A stretch of DNA of 64,000 nt from Zygnema circumcarinatum SAG 698-1b. Its lineage: Eukaryota; Plantae; Zygnematophyceae. Below the pieces are notes generated by a model, which saw only the letters and a list, made by a program, of their open reading frames with translations, searched no databases and had not been told where the DNA came from. The translations under genes and the position numbers were made by a program. Shown in pieces: positions 1-12,990 of the stretch; position 1 is the first letter of the stretch; each line of letters opens with the position of its first letter. The DNA is taken from the NCBI GenBank assembly GCA_037447605.1, contig CM074820.1:558001-622000 (forward strand), written 5' to 3'.

Positions 1-1950
1 ACTTTTGGCCGTTCGCCTGGCTGCTTCATTTTGCCTACGCGCTGACCGTGGCACGACCTCTTGTCGTTGTCTTTTCGCGTTTTCTGTCGCGTGTCTTGTA
101 GCGCATTGCTTTCTGTTTTGTTGTTTGTGCTTCTTTTCGTTTTTGTTTTGTTTTGGTTGTTTTCGCTGTATTTGTTTCTTCGCGGTTTTTGTTCTAACGT
201 TTCGCCTTGTTTTGCGGCATTTTTACGCCGTAGCGATAACTGGCGGTATTGCGTTTTCCCTTTTGTCTCCCCCTTCGTCTCTTAGATCCTTGTGCTTCTT
301 CTTTTGGTTGCTCTCGCCTTTATGCCTTTCCACCCTTTTTCTGTTTGTTTTCTCCTTCCTTTCCTTCTCCTTCCCGTCGCCTCCTTGGTCCCTTCCCTTC
401 CCTTCCTTTCCTTATTCCTCCTTCTGTTTCCTATCCTTTATCCCCAATCCCTTCCTTTGTCCTGCCCTTCCTTTCCTTCTCCCCCCTTCTCTCATTTCCC
501 CTCCCGCTTCCCTTTCTCCCTTCCCTTCCTTCCTCTTTCCTCCCGTTTCTCTCCCTCTCCTTTCCTTCCCTCCTCCTTCCTTTCCCATCCCCTTCCTTTC
601 AGTATTCCCCCCTTTCTTCTCACTTCTCTCTTCTCTTTCTTTGACCACTTCTCTTCCCTCCTCTTCCTTCCTTTCCCTCCCCCGCCTCCTCTCCCTTTCT
701 TTTCCCTCCCCTTCCTCCTACCCCTTCCTTCATCCCCCTTCCCTTATCCTTTCCCTTTCCCTTCTTTTCCATACCCTTATTCCTCTCGCCATTCCCTTTC
801 CTTTCCCTCTCCCTCCCCTTCCGGAGTCCCTTCCTTCTCTTCCCTACCTTCCCTCCCCTTTCTCCTCCCATCCACCAGCTTCCCTTCCCTCATCCATTCC
901 TTCTCCTTCGTCAAGTACCTCTTAAGTCATCCTCTGGGTTCCCCTTCCCCTTCCCACTTACACTTGTATGCATCTGGCATTTGCTCTTCCCCCTCACAAT
1001 CAGTTCTTCCCTCTTCCTTCTTCCCCTCCAGCTGCTGCTTGAGACTCTCCCAGGGTTTCCCTTGTGATCATTGTGGAAATTGTTTTGGTCAGGGGGTGGG
1101 ACAATCTGACACATGTCTTGGCCCGGCGTGTCCTCTTAGTCCTCCGTTATGCGACCCTTCTTCTCCCTCTTCTTGCCCTCTACCCGTCCGCGCCACCCAC
1201 AGACCTGCTTTGCATGTTGGGCCCTGAATCGGCTGTAGGCGTATCTTTCGGTCTTTAGATGTCCTTGGGTCGTTTTTGTTGAGTCCGTCCTGCGTCTTCG
1301 CTCATTATCCCACGGGCTTCGCGTGTTTGTGTTCGTGATGCTGCGTTTGCCTGCTTTTGCTTTCGTCTTGCGTGTGATCCATGGGATGTTCTTTGCGTGG
1401 CATGTCAGCCTATTCTTTTTCCCCTTTGGGTTTTAATTTTGCCCCTGCATTGGTGGGGCCGGCTGGCGGATTAGCCGAGGGCCAGTGGTAATACCGTTTG
1501 GGTGGGGATTGGGGCTTTCTTGGCCAGGAAACACTTGTCCAGCATTAAATTACTTACAATGTCTGCTTGCTTATTCGCCCCGCCCTCCCTTTTCGGACGC
1601 CTCCGTACCGACATGTGAGTTCAGATGAAGCCGTGCGAGTTGTCTGTATTTTCGCTCTTGACCCATACTACGCGCCCAGGCCAACAACGGCGCTGGATGC
1701 GCGCCGGACTACTCCCGTCCGGATGCGCTGCTGGATCCACTTCCCTTCACTCGACACTTTTTGAGCTTTGTCGGTTCCGTTTGTGCTTGATGGAGTGCGA
1801 CTTCGTTCGGACGGCTTCTTCGCTCCCTCATTTAATGCAACGGGGGCCTTGAATAGTTTATGAGTTCTTCGTGATGTGTTTTCTCGGACCAGGGATAGTG
1901 GGTTTGGTTTGCTTTTTCAGCTTGCTTGTGTCATATCGCTGTTGGAGCGT
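1..1950 (+). mobile_element. 5' fragment of a CRE-like non-LTR retrotransposon (copy A), truncated in the RT N-terminus
   Basis: Matches the reverse complement of ~10870-12930: same leader (ctcttgtcgttgtcttt..gcgttt), CT tract, gatgtccttgggtcgtttt block and the DSGFGLLFQLAC segment (ORF 1876). Many indels. Confidence 0.6.
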
Positions 1951-3253
1951 GGGTCTGCTCGCTCCTCCCGGCGCCACCTTGCGTGTCGCCCTCCATTGGA
2001 ACTCCGGTTCCCACCGATGAAGACATCTTCACTCTCTCTCGCTCTATCTCACTTCACTCATAGCCCATAACTCACAGAATGAACGCAGAGACGAGCACAA
2101 CGGAAATCATACACGAGAGANTATAGGAGAAAGCTCACGGCTCTAAAACTCCTTTATAATAAGAATGTAATGCATGGCGTAAGTTCTTACACCTACTGCT
2201 TGGCCTAGCACTCCCATACTCCCTTTACCTTGCGGCAAGCGAGGGCCGGCCGGCGGCCTGGCGGGCCTGAGAGTAAAGTCTGCGGGGCATCTGGTAATTA
2301 CAATGGTTATCACGTAAGCAAGGCTAAACCGTATATCACATACGTAATTATTCGTAACGTCTTCACTTGTTGGCTAGATGTCAGCGTCGGCCGCCACAAA
2401 TGCGTTAATGACCCAGTGCAGCGGTCAGCCCGACCCGGCATTGCGTGCCGTAGACTGCAGCAATGGCAAACTGATCCCGAATTCGTCGTCTGATTCGCGC
2501 CGGCATCCGAGAGCTCGTTGTCGTCCGTAGCGAATCTTCCGCCGCCCGTCCGTCTGGCGATCGTAGCCCGTAGCTAATATTCGGTCAGCCCAGCGTACTT
2601 GCGTCTAGCGGTCAGCCGTCCGGCTGTAATCTCCGTCGTCAGCGTTTGTATGATTCGCGTATGTCAGCAGGCTGTATTTCCGGTCCCGCCATGATTGACT
2701 TCGTCAGTCAGCGGTTGTAAGTCTGACTGGCGGTTTAAGCCGGCATCGCGGCATCCTCGCGCCCGAAAAGCGTCACGGGCGGCGGCGATTGGCCCGACCC
2801 GTATTACTAGGGCGCTCTTAGCGGTCTCGTGTTTCCAGCCGAGGACCGCCCAGCGATGTTAGTGTGAACCAATCTGTCTTGCCGTATTGCCGCGCGATGC
2901 CCTCTTGGAATTTCAGTTCTACGTGGGCCCACCCCAGCCCGGTAGGAATTATTTGTCCAGTAGTAGTGTCTCCGTAGCTCACTTAGTCAGCATGCTCCAG
3001 CGGCCTGGCTCATGCATTCATGACTTGGCTGCGAGTAATTACTCTACGATTACCGTAGCCTTAATGGTATTGCTTGACTACGATGTGCTTTGTTATATAT
3101 GAAAGCAGGGTTTTCAGCCGATGGGCGGCCGGTTATCCGTGAACAAAGTCGAAGGGCGTTGTGGCTGCTACGTATGAAAAGAAATGTTGGAGCAGCTCCT
3201 GTATGGCGTGGCGTCTTCCATTGTGCGGTCTTGAGCAATATGACGAATCCTGG
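1950..3253 (-). mobile_element. Ty1/copia 3' fragment (LTR-like + RNase H), duplicate of ~4815-6090
   Basis: 2000-2165 matches 4880-5045 (gatgaagacat...taaaactcctttataataagaatg). 3040-3200 matches 5900-6070 and reads TLFTDN..ENPAF..KAH on the minus strand, a copia RNase H motif. Confidence 0.55.
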
Positions 3254-3353
3254 NNNNNNNNNNNNNNNNNNNNNNNNNNNNNNNNNNNNNNNNNNNNNNN
3301 NNNNNNNNNNNNNNNNNNNNNNNNNNNNNNNNNNNNNNNNNNNNNNNNNNNNN
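3254..3353. other. Assembly gap (100 N)
   Basis: Run of 100 N between two diverged copies of the same ~2.9-kb unit. Confidence 0.98.
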
Positions 3354-4815
3354 CTTCTCTATTTCCCTCCCTTCCTTTCTCCCTCTTCCCCTTCCCTTCC
3401 TCTTTCCTCCCCCTCAAGCTCCTCCTCTCCTTTCCTTTTCCTCCCCTTCCTTTCCCATCCCCTTCCTTTCCCCGTATTCCCCCTCTTTCTTCTCTCCCCT
3501 TTCTCTTCTTTTCCTCGTCCTTCTCTTTCCCTCCCTTCTTTCCCTTCCCTTTTTCCTCCCCCGCCTCTCCCTTTTCTTTCCTCCCCTCTTCCTCTACCCC
3601 CTTCCCTTCCATCCCCTTCCCTTATCCTTTTCCTCTTTCCTTCTTTTCCATACCTCTTTATTCCTCTCGGCCATTCCTTTCCTTTCCTCTCTCCTCCCCT
3701 TCCCCGCCCCTTCCCTTTCTCTTCCCTACTCCTTCCTCCCCTTTCTCCTCCCCCACCCGCCCCTTCCTCATCCATTCCCTTCTCCTTCGTCATGCCTCAT
3801 TACCTCTCGTTCCCCTTCCCTTCCCACCCCCTTGCCTCATTATCCGCCGGGGTTTTCCCCTCCCCTCGGCCCTGCTCTTCCCTCTTTCCTTCTTTCCCTC
3901 CTGCCGCCGCCTGTGCCTCTCCCCCGGTTCCTTGTGATCATCAGGAAATTGTTTTGGTCGTGGTGCGGGTTTGTCCTCGGCATATGCGCTAAGCGTGCGT
4001 CCTCTTCGCCCTTCCTTCCCATTGTCGCATCTTCTACCTCCCTTCTTCTACCCGCCACCGCCACCCTCGGGTCTACTTTTGCATGTTGGGCCTAGTCCGG
4101 CTGCTTGGGCGTATGCTCGGTCTTTAGATGTCCTTGGGTCGTTTTTTGTTGGGTCCCGTCGTCCTCGTCTTTACGCTCGTATCCCACGGGCTTTGCGGGT
4201 TTGTGTTCGTGATGCTTTGCGCTTGCCTCTTGCTCGCCTTCATGTGGTGATCCATCGATGTTGCCGCATGGCATGTCCTTCTTCTTTTTCCCCCTTTGGT
4301 TTTAATTTTGCCCCTCGCGGAAATGCCACTGTCACATGCAGGACCCGGCCGGCTTATGCCTCGCTTTTTGGGTGGGGACGGGAGCTGCAAAAGCCGAAGC
4401 ACGCCACGCATTCGCGTTCCCCGGGCCGGGCGCTCGCCGCCACCGCCTCGCCTCCCCTTTCGACGCCCGCCGGCTATCGCCGGGCGCTTCAGTTAGGGGC
4501 CGGCGCGGGAGTTGTCTCGCCGCCGCGCTTCGACCCTTTTACCGCCTCGCCAACAACAACGCATATTTTCTTTGATCGCTTCGACTCTCCATCCGATGTT
4601 TCGCGATGTCCCTTCCTTCATCGACACTTTTGAGCCTGCTGCACTCGCTTGTGCTTTGATCGTAGCCGCCATTCGGCGCTTACCGCCCTCATTTGTCTCA
4701 AGTAGGGGCCTCGCATGTGGTTTATGAGTTGCCGGTGATGCGTTTCTTTCTCTGCACTAATCGTGATAGTGGGTTTGGCTTTGCTTTTTCAAATTTTGCT
4801 TTGTGCTCATATCAG
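3354..4815 (+). mobile_element. 5' fragment of CRE-like non-LTR retrotransposon (copy B)
   Basis: Same CT tract and downstream blocks as copy A at ~2.87-kb offset (1260 vs 4130). ORF 4763 contains LLFQILLCAHI, resembling the LFQLCxHI segment of moss-type CRE RT. Confidence 0.6.
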
Positions 4816-7800
4816 CTGGCTGGAGCTGCGGGTCTCGCCAAGCTCTCCCGGCAGCTACCTTATGCGTGTCGCCTCCATTGGAACTCCGCTCCAATCGATG
4901 AAGACATTATCTTCACTTTCTCTCACTCTATCTCACTTCACTACAGCCCATAACTCACACGAACACAGAGATGAGCACAAATGAAATCACACACGCAGAA
5001 AGTTGTAGAGAAAGCTCATTTAAAACTCCTTTATAATAAGAATGTCACCCACATGAAGTTCCTCACTAGCTACTTCCTTACTACTACTCATGCTGTGGCG
5101 TACCCCAAAGAACACAAGCGTGCAATGTAGTAAGTCACGGGAATACAAGAAATTAACGCGGGTTATCCTACATAAACAGTTAAACCATATATACCCATGG
5201 CCGTGTTACGTGATCTTCCTTGTTAACCGATGTCACGCCACGCCGCCATGCGCGCTCGCCAGCCTGTGCATGTTGCCAACAGCTTCAAAGATGCGCTCTT
5301 CAGAGATTCCATTTACGCTTTCACTCTGGGCTGGCCGTCTGCATAGCCTGCCATCCGAAGCTCGTTGTCCGCCCGCTGCTGACCTTTCCGCCGCCTGCCC
5401 CAGATAAGCCTGCCGGGCTGCCCGCTACAAGATAGCTCGATTCTCCGGCAAGGCCGCATTAATATCACACCGCTAAAATCTCCGGCTGCCGTGATTTCCG
5501 CTGCTCACATACGCTCCACGCACGCCGACTCGTCCCCGGCAGCCGACCGCCGAAACGCGATCGCGACTAGTGGCTCCACGCCGTTTCACATTATCACCCA
5601 CATCCCTCCAGTGCTGCGACGGGCCAATCACATTTGGCCCGACCATATATTCTGCATGTCTTGCTTCAGCGCATCTCATGTTTCCCAACTGAGACTGACA
5701 ACAATGTTAAAATAACCCATACTATGCTCCAACTATAGCACACTAACACTAACAATCCCCTCGGGGACTCGGGGCTCCTCATGGGCTCCCAAATTCCTCC
5801 AATGAAGTCCGCTATTCACTGCAGCGCCTCCCTAACTCCCTTTAGTCATATCCACCGCTTCCTTCGTCCCCATCACTCTAACTTACCACAATCATCCCTC
5901 CTCTACCAATTCTCGCACATAGTGGTATTGCACTCTTATGTGCTTTGTCCTCTTATGAAACACAGGGTTTTCAAGAAGAGCTATGGACGACTGATTATCC
6001 GTGAACAAAGTCAAGGGACGTTGTGGCCTCTACACTCATCAAAGAAATGTCGAACCAAACTCCTCCTTCGGGCCATGCATATTCCCATTGCATCAGCTTT
6101 CTCGTGCTGCATAACGAACCGGTCTCGTAGCTCGAAAGCCCATGAGATCGCTTCCTCCTCGCGTTTCACAGTAAACAACCGAGGTCGATCGCGATGTCCA
6201 CGCTACCTCCCCGCCGAGTCGGGCGCACTGGCGACTCGCTCGCCCTCTCTTCGTAACGTGAGTCCGCATCTGTCCTCGTGACAACTCAAAGATTCTCGCT
6301 TTACGTGCCTCCCACGCCAGACCGGATTCTCCATTAACCGACCAGCGGTGCTCGCTAACTCGCCAGTCCGTCGAAAATTCACAGGTACATTAAACTTCCG
6401 GAGCAAGAGATTCAGACGTGCACTCCAGAGCATGCGCCAACCTTACGCTGGCCCCGCCGCGTGGCTCCATATCCTTCGACAATCTCGCGCTGATCTCCAC
6501 CGGGCTGGTGCACGGTCTGCACTCCTCCATATTGGATCTCGCAAGTACATCCGCGGCGTACTTCTTCTGACTTAGGAACAGACTTCCGTCTTGCCCCCTC
6601 TTCAGCTGTATCCCCAGGAGATACTGTGCCTCCCCTAGATCCGACATCTGGAAGTTAGCTTGCAAAAGCTTCTTCGTGATCATCGATTCTCTCAAGTGAG
6701 ACTCACCATAATCTAGGTCATCCACGCAGATCCCAACGCATATGCATCTCCCTCCTCTGTCGACGGAATGATCCGGCCTCAAAGCGCCAAGAACTGCTGC
6801 TCCCCTAAGATCGCCAATCTTCTCCGCATTCGTGATCCTAGGTGCCCGCTTTCCAAACCGCATGCATTCTTCACTAAAGCATGACGATGCTCGCCTCGGG
6901 ACAACTTTCCCTTCGGTCGCTTCCATGTAGATCTCCTCAGCGCAGATCTCCATTTAAACGCCGTCTTGATATCTAGCCGATGGACATGCATCCTCGCCAG
7001 CTCGCGATCAAATTAGTGGGCACGCGAGGGAGCACCCTCACCACCGGGCGAAGTCTCCGCGGTAGTCGCATTCCGCATTTGGCTGTAGCCCCTTCGCCAC
7101 CAGCCGCCAGCTTCTTTGTAACGTGTCGCATTCTCGGCCCGCTTCCGCCACCTCGAACACCCACTTGCATCCAATGGCTCTCCTTCCCTTCGGCAGCTTC
7201 TCCAGTCGCCACGTCCCGTTCTCTATCAGACTATTCCACTCGCTATCGATCGCTGCTCGCCACTTCGCTCCATCGACCCCATCGTGAGCCTCCTCGAAGG
7301 TTTGCGGCTCAGTAATCATGTAGCAGTGGGCAACTCCTGCGAGGTCAGCAGAGTCCGTAGGCACTCTCTCCTGCATCAGGTTAGTCTGCGACGGCCTGTA
7401 TCGTTCAGGCCTCCTCACCACACGGGTGCTCCTCCGCGGTCCTTGCGTTCTCCCACTCCTCGAGTTGAAGAAAATTCCGGGAACAAATCCTCGGAGGGCA
7501 TCCTGCCCTCATCGCCTCGCCATATCCAAGTCCCCACCGCCCCGCGCAAAGGTACGCTTCAATCGAAGCCTTCCCTCATCCTGACAGTGAGTGTGTAGTG
7601 GGGCCGCTCCGCCGAGCCCGCCTGGCGCACTTCGGTTCGACTCATCGCTGGACGTCGGTTGCTTCCAGGCCACCAAGGCCGTACAAGGCCGATCTCCCTC
7701 CAAAACTGACCGAGGTTTAACGCCTTCTCCTCACCGGGGTTCCACGCCCCTCATACAATTCCAATCCCGCTTTGGGCCGGTCTCACTCTAGCCGTATCAC

Positions 7801-8450
7801 CGCCCCCTTTCGCCCAATCGCTGGCAAGTTCCCTGAAGCTCGCGACTTCCTTTTGCTCGCTGGTTCCAACTCAGGGTGCGATCAAGTTCATGTTGTAGCC
7901 GGTAAATATCCTTCAACGCCGCTGGGTCAAACTTCCTTCTTCGTCTTCGCCGCACTGCCGACCAAATACCGTCCGGCCAGTGGAAACCGCGGGCTTTCTC
8001 CCCACTCCACACCTCCTCGAACCCGTCCTTGAGCACGTAAGATGGGGCGTATCTATTCCTGGGCGTAAGCCGGCGTCATCACCGCCCCGCATGAAGCCGG
8101 TATGGGGAATTATCAAAGATGGTCCGCCATGTCCCCCTAACGCCCTATTTACCTCTTCTGTACCCATTACTTTGAGGGAGTGAGCGTAAAATTCTCATGC
8201 CTAATTACCGAGGTACTCACGTAATCCCTTCGACTCTTGAACTCCCTCCGTCTCTGAGCTGCCAGAAGTCTTCGCTGGCCCCGCCCATCTGAAGTTCGCC
8301 AATCTCCGGCTCAAAAGCCTGCACTTGTTCTGAGAATTTTTACCCAAATTTTCCTAAAAATCGGTAAAAGTGACGGCAATCGAAGCCCACTCGCGTCGGG
8401 TGTCACGGGCCACAAAGTGTCGGTGTGAACCACAACTCCGCCTCGCGATG
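4815..8450 (-). mobile_element. Degenerate Ty1/copia LTR retrotransposon: integrase core, RT, RNase H, PPT, 3' LTR
   Basis: Minus-strand motifs in copia order. Integrase: HTDxxGP..VTFTD (~8430-8370), IRHE..PQSNG..E.NR (~8200-8140), RRKFDP. RT: EPQTFEEA..WRAAIDSEWNSLIENGTW..LPKGRRAIGCKWVF..RLVAKG, LDIKTAF, EEIYME, CVDD, FQMSDLGEAQYLLGI..LFLSQKKY. RNase H: TLFTDNQSSIALLENPVFHKRTKHIRVQYHYVRELV (~5850-6010). Frequent frameshifts. Confidence 0.9.
4880..5753 (-). repeat. Putative 3' LTR of the copia element
   Basis: On the minus strand a purine run (GAGGGGA) after RNase H is followed by TGTTAG at ~5753, with a TATA-like TATTATAAAGG at ~5035. The left boundary is uncertain. Confidence 0.4.
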
Positions 8451-8469
8451 GTATTTCCTCTCCGGCCCG

Positions 8470-11400
8470 CTAACGTTTCCCGGCAGGTGCAGGTATAGAG
8501 AGCAAACTCACAAAGAGAGAGCAACCATTGAACTCGCTACGGGCGCAGGCCATCAAACGCATACGTGATAAAGGCAAATGCGGAACCACGGCGACCGGCC
8601 ACAGCCGGCAACACAATAAAACGTAAGCGTGAGCGAAAACTACGCTTAGGCACAACAACGCCAGCCCCTGTGTTGTACCGGCGTCACCGGCGCTGGTGCA
8701 CGCCGCGAAAGAGGGAGCCGCCGCGGAAGTCCACCAACACGTCACCAACAATCGGCAGCGACGCCAAGAAGCGTAGGTTGTGCAACGCCGGCGGGCGACG
8801 TGGAAATACGCTGTCGCATAAAAGGTAGCCAAGACGCCGAGGAGGGCTTCCGGGCCGCGATCTAAAGCAGTCACGGGCGACCGGGCGGCGAAGGTATCCA
8901 AACGGCGCCGAGGCGTACCAAAATCTCACAAATTTCATAGAACAAACTCGCCGGGTCGATCACGCTGAAGATACGCCGCACGCTCCGCGGCGGTCGCGAT
9001 CAGCGCCAGCCCACGCCACGACATATGTGGCCGTGACGCGACAATAAATCGCGACGCGGGTTGGACTGCCAACACAATATCCCCAAAATAATGCTGGCAC
9101 CATCATCCATAAGAGCCAAATCGTATAACTCAAGGCCGCTAATGGTCACGGGCCGCGTGGGGACACCAGCGGCTTTGGCCCGCTGCATACAGTGAAGTAG
9201 CTTTTGAGCTACCGCAGCGAATCGATCAAGGCATTAAATATTAGGAACAAAATGCTAAGCCGGGCCTCAAGGCTACACATCAAGTAGACGAACGCCTTCA
9301 TGCGATCAATCGAATCACCACAAACACAACGCAGGAGAACCCCGCAATGGCGGATTGGGAGCTCGAGACGGTCGCTACGCAGTCAAACCGCCTCGGGTCA
9401 AACGGCGGTGGAAAAATATCGGGTAATACCCAACCAAGCCCCAAACCGTGACCAAGACAAATAGCCAAAGCTCGGAAAGACGCCGCAACATCAAGTGAAG
9501 AGCCGCACAAGGGTAGTAGAACTCAGCAAAGAACAACCTCATCACCAAAGTGAGTCGACACGCTGAATGTGACTTACCTGCTAGTTTAAACAAACAAGAC
9601 GAGCCCGAAAGACTAGCCAGGAAAGCTGAAAACTACGGGCGCCACGCGACGCAACCTCAAACGGAAGATCACCCATCATCAACATTTGTTTACAACAGAT
9701 CAAAGAACGACGATCGCCTACAATAAACGCTGGGCCGTGGCTAGGAGCAACGGTACCCCCAACTACCCAAAAACGCGTGGGCGCGCCACACGACACCTGG
9801 ATGCAGCCTCTAAACCGCCACTTAAATAGGAGCGTAGGCTTGGCGTGACGCAGTAAGCGACCGTCGACATCGAAAATACTCGTGACCCAAAAGGCGACAT
9901 ATACGTAAAACAAACGCTATCAAAAGATCGCAATGACTCGCGAGTTGTGGTTAGAGTGAGAGCCATAAAGGTAATACTCTGACGCAAAGCAAAACAACGA
10001 AAAGTTAAAGAAAAGCCACCCGAGGATCTCGAAGATGCGGTGCTCATCGACCGAGACGATCCTCAACCAAAGATCATCAACAAAACGACAACATAAGATG
10101 CAACGCCGAAGTGGCGTTCTTAAAACACGGTCACTACAATTCCATCAAAGACAAATTCGATACCACAAGTGGAAATGGGGCGGGTAGGCGGATACCAACC
10201 GAGACCAAGCAAAACACTTCGACAAATTTACTCATTAAACGCGATAGCCGCTAATCGAAAGTAAAGAAAATCAAGAACGCGTAACGACTGGGTCAAGAAA
10301 ATAACGATACGTAGTATCACCGGCCGCCATCGATGGAAAAAGTACCGAAAGTTCGTGTCGAAGCTCGAAAGACGAACGGCGCCAAAGCCAACAAAGGACC
10401 GCTTAAAGGGTCGCCTTCTTCATGGGTCCCGTCGCAGACTCCCGCGTCGCCATAATTCTACCCCCCGTGACGACGCTAAGAGAAAAGGAAATGGCTCGAA
10501 CGAGAATAAAATGTGCTAAAAAGGAAAAGGGACGCGAATCGCGCAGGGGCCTCTCGTGACCGCTTAAAAAACTTTCATGACGATCCAATCGTATTAAAAG
10601 CATTTGTCACATCAACCTCGCAGAAACAACCCAATCGTGTATGGCGATCCAACGCCGCATCTAACGCCATTTAACTACTTGCCTCACCCCTGTGGGTCGC
10701 CACACCAAATCGTAGTGGAAAAATGATCCCGAAGCCCCTCAGAATTGAAAACACATAGCCGTTTGAACTACAAGTGAGCATACAAACCTCCCTACGGCTA
10801 TGGGCTTAACTCCCCGCTCGCGCGGCAACCAAACGAGCCGACGTAGTTGAACATGACTCACGGATCTAGGAACACGCACTCGCTGATATGACACAAGCAA
10901 GCTGAAAGCAAACCAAAACCCACTATCCCCGTGTCCGAGAAAACACATCACGAAGAACTCATAAAACTATGCCCTCAAGGCCCCCTCAAACGGGAGCGCA
11001 GCAGTTTCCTAATGAAAGCGCACGACAAGCACAAACGAAGTCGGCTGTGCTCAAAAGTGTCGATGGCGAAGTGGACATCTCAAGCAGCGCATCCGGATGG
11101 AGAGAGTCCGGGCGCATCCAAAGTGTCGTTGTTGGCCGGGGCGGGCGTAAAGGGTCAAAGAGCGCGAGCAGCGCGAGACAACTCCCCGCATCGGCCTTTT
11201 TGAACTGCCCGACGATGTCGAGCGGAGGCGTTCGAAAGGGAGGGCGGGCGAGTGGCGGCGGACGCCGACAAGGCACGAATGCGATCAGCGTGCTCGGCCT
11301 GCAAAAGCTCCCAATCCCCACCCAAAAAACGAAGACATCGCCGACGGGTCTCGCGAACGGCGCTGGCCCCACCACGAGGGGGCAAAATTAAAACCCAAAG

Positions 11401-12990
11401 GGGAAAAAGAAGAAGGGACATGCTATGCAAAGAACATCCGACATGGATCACACGCTAAAGACGAAAGCAAGAGGCAAAACGCAGCATCAATAACACAAAC
11501 ACCAAATGCCCGTGGGATACGAGCTTAAAGACGAGGACGACGGGACCCAACAAAAAACGACCCAAGGACATCTAAAGACCGAGCATACGCCCAAGCAGCC
11601 GGACTAGGTCCAACATGCAAAGTAGACCCAGGGGTGGCAGTGACGGGTAGAGAAGAAGAGGGAGTAGAAGAAGGGTCGACAATGAGGAGGACGAAGAGGG
11701 ACACGCGCCAAGATATGCCGACAAACCCAAGACTCGAATTTCAAAACAATTTCCACACGATCACAAGGAACCCGGGGAGAGGCCCGGGCGAAAGCAAATG
11801 GAGGGGAAGAAGGAAGAGGGGAAGAACGGACTGGCGGGGGAAGAGCAACAGCAGATGACAAGGCAAGGGGGGGGAAGGGGAAGGGGAACGAGAGGAGCGA
11901 CGAAGAGCCATGACGAAGGAGAAGGGAATGGATGAGGGAAGGGAAGCGGGTGGGCGGGGAGGAGAAAGGGGAAGGAAGGGTAGGGAAGAGAAGGGACGGG
12001 AGGGGAAAGGGAGGGGGGGGAAGAGCGGGGAGTAGCGAGAGGAAGAAGGGGACGGAAAAGAAGGGAAGGGTGCGATATGGAAGGGGATGGAAGGGAAGGT
12101 AGGAGGAAGGGAGGGAAAGAAAGGGAGAGGAGGCGAGGGGGGGGAGGAAAGGGAAGGGAAGAGGAGGGAAGAGAAGGGACAGGAAAGAGAAGAGAGAAGG
12201 GAGAAGAAAGGGGGGAATACGGGAAAGGAAGGGGATGGGAAAGGAAAGGAGGAGGGAAAAGAAAGGAGAGGAGGCAGGTTCCAGGAGGAAAGAGGGAAGG
12301 GAAGGGAAGGGAGAAGGGAAAGGAAAGGAGGAGGGAAAGGAAAGGAGGAGGGAAAGGAAAGGAGGAGGGAAAGGAAAGGAGGAGGGAAAGGAAAGGAGGA
12401 GGGAAAGGAAAGGAGGAGGGAAAGGAAAGGAGAGGAGGAGAAACGGGAGGAAAGAGGAAGGAAGGAAGGAGAAAACAGCAGAAAAGGGTGGAAAGGGCAT
12501 AAAAGGCGAGAGCAGCTCAAAAAGAAGAAGCACAAGGACGAAGAGACGCAAAGGGGGAGACAAAAGGGAAAACGCAACACAGCAAGACAAGCTACGGCAG
12601 AAAATGTCAGAAAACAAGGCGAGAAACGTTAGAACAGAAAAAACCGCAGCAAAACAGCAGCAAAACAACCAAAAACAAAAAACAAAAAACGAAAAGAAGC
12701 ACAAACAACAAAAACAGAGCAATGCAGCAAGACACGCGACAAGAAAACGCAAAGACAACGACAAGAGGCTGCCACGTGGCCGCGGCAGAGGCGGCGGCAG
12801 CAGGCGCAACGGTTACACGCGTTTGATACATACGGAGCTATAGGGAGGGCTTCCGGGGCCGTGCATCTCGAAGGAGCGATGGGCGCACTGGCGAAGGAAG
12901 ACTTCCAACCGAGCATCAAGGCAGCCAAAAGTAGGGGAGCACTGTAGACAAAAAAGGTGTGAGAATAGAATTTTCCGTAACAAACTGCTT
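8470..12990 (-). mobile_element. Near full-length CRE-clade non-LTR retrotransposon (RT + restriction-like endonuclease), frameshifted
   Basis: Minus-strand motifs across frameshifts: GP.G..YE.LRDVF (~10960), VKPIAVG (~10800), FGVAT.RG.E (~10700), VDVTNAFNTI (~10600), EGDPLSGPLLAL (~10410), FPS.A.DT (~10325), LP...GGL (~9820), D.......G..I..I...NPRRDLLSR (~9100), PFG.L (~8900). Leader with CT tract at 11800-12480. Confidence 0.75.

Noticed and set aside
1-12990. One giant foldback/TIR transposon with ~1.9-kb inverted repeats
   Set aside because: The inverted arms are the 5' part of a CRE-like retroelement that continues into RT/RLE in the minus-strand copy. Two oppositely oriented insertions explain it.
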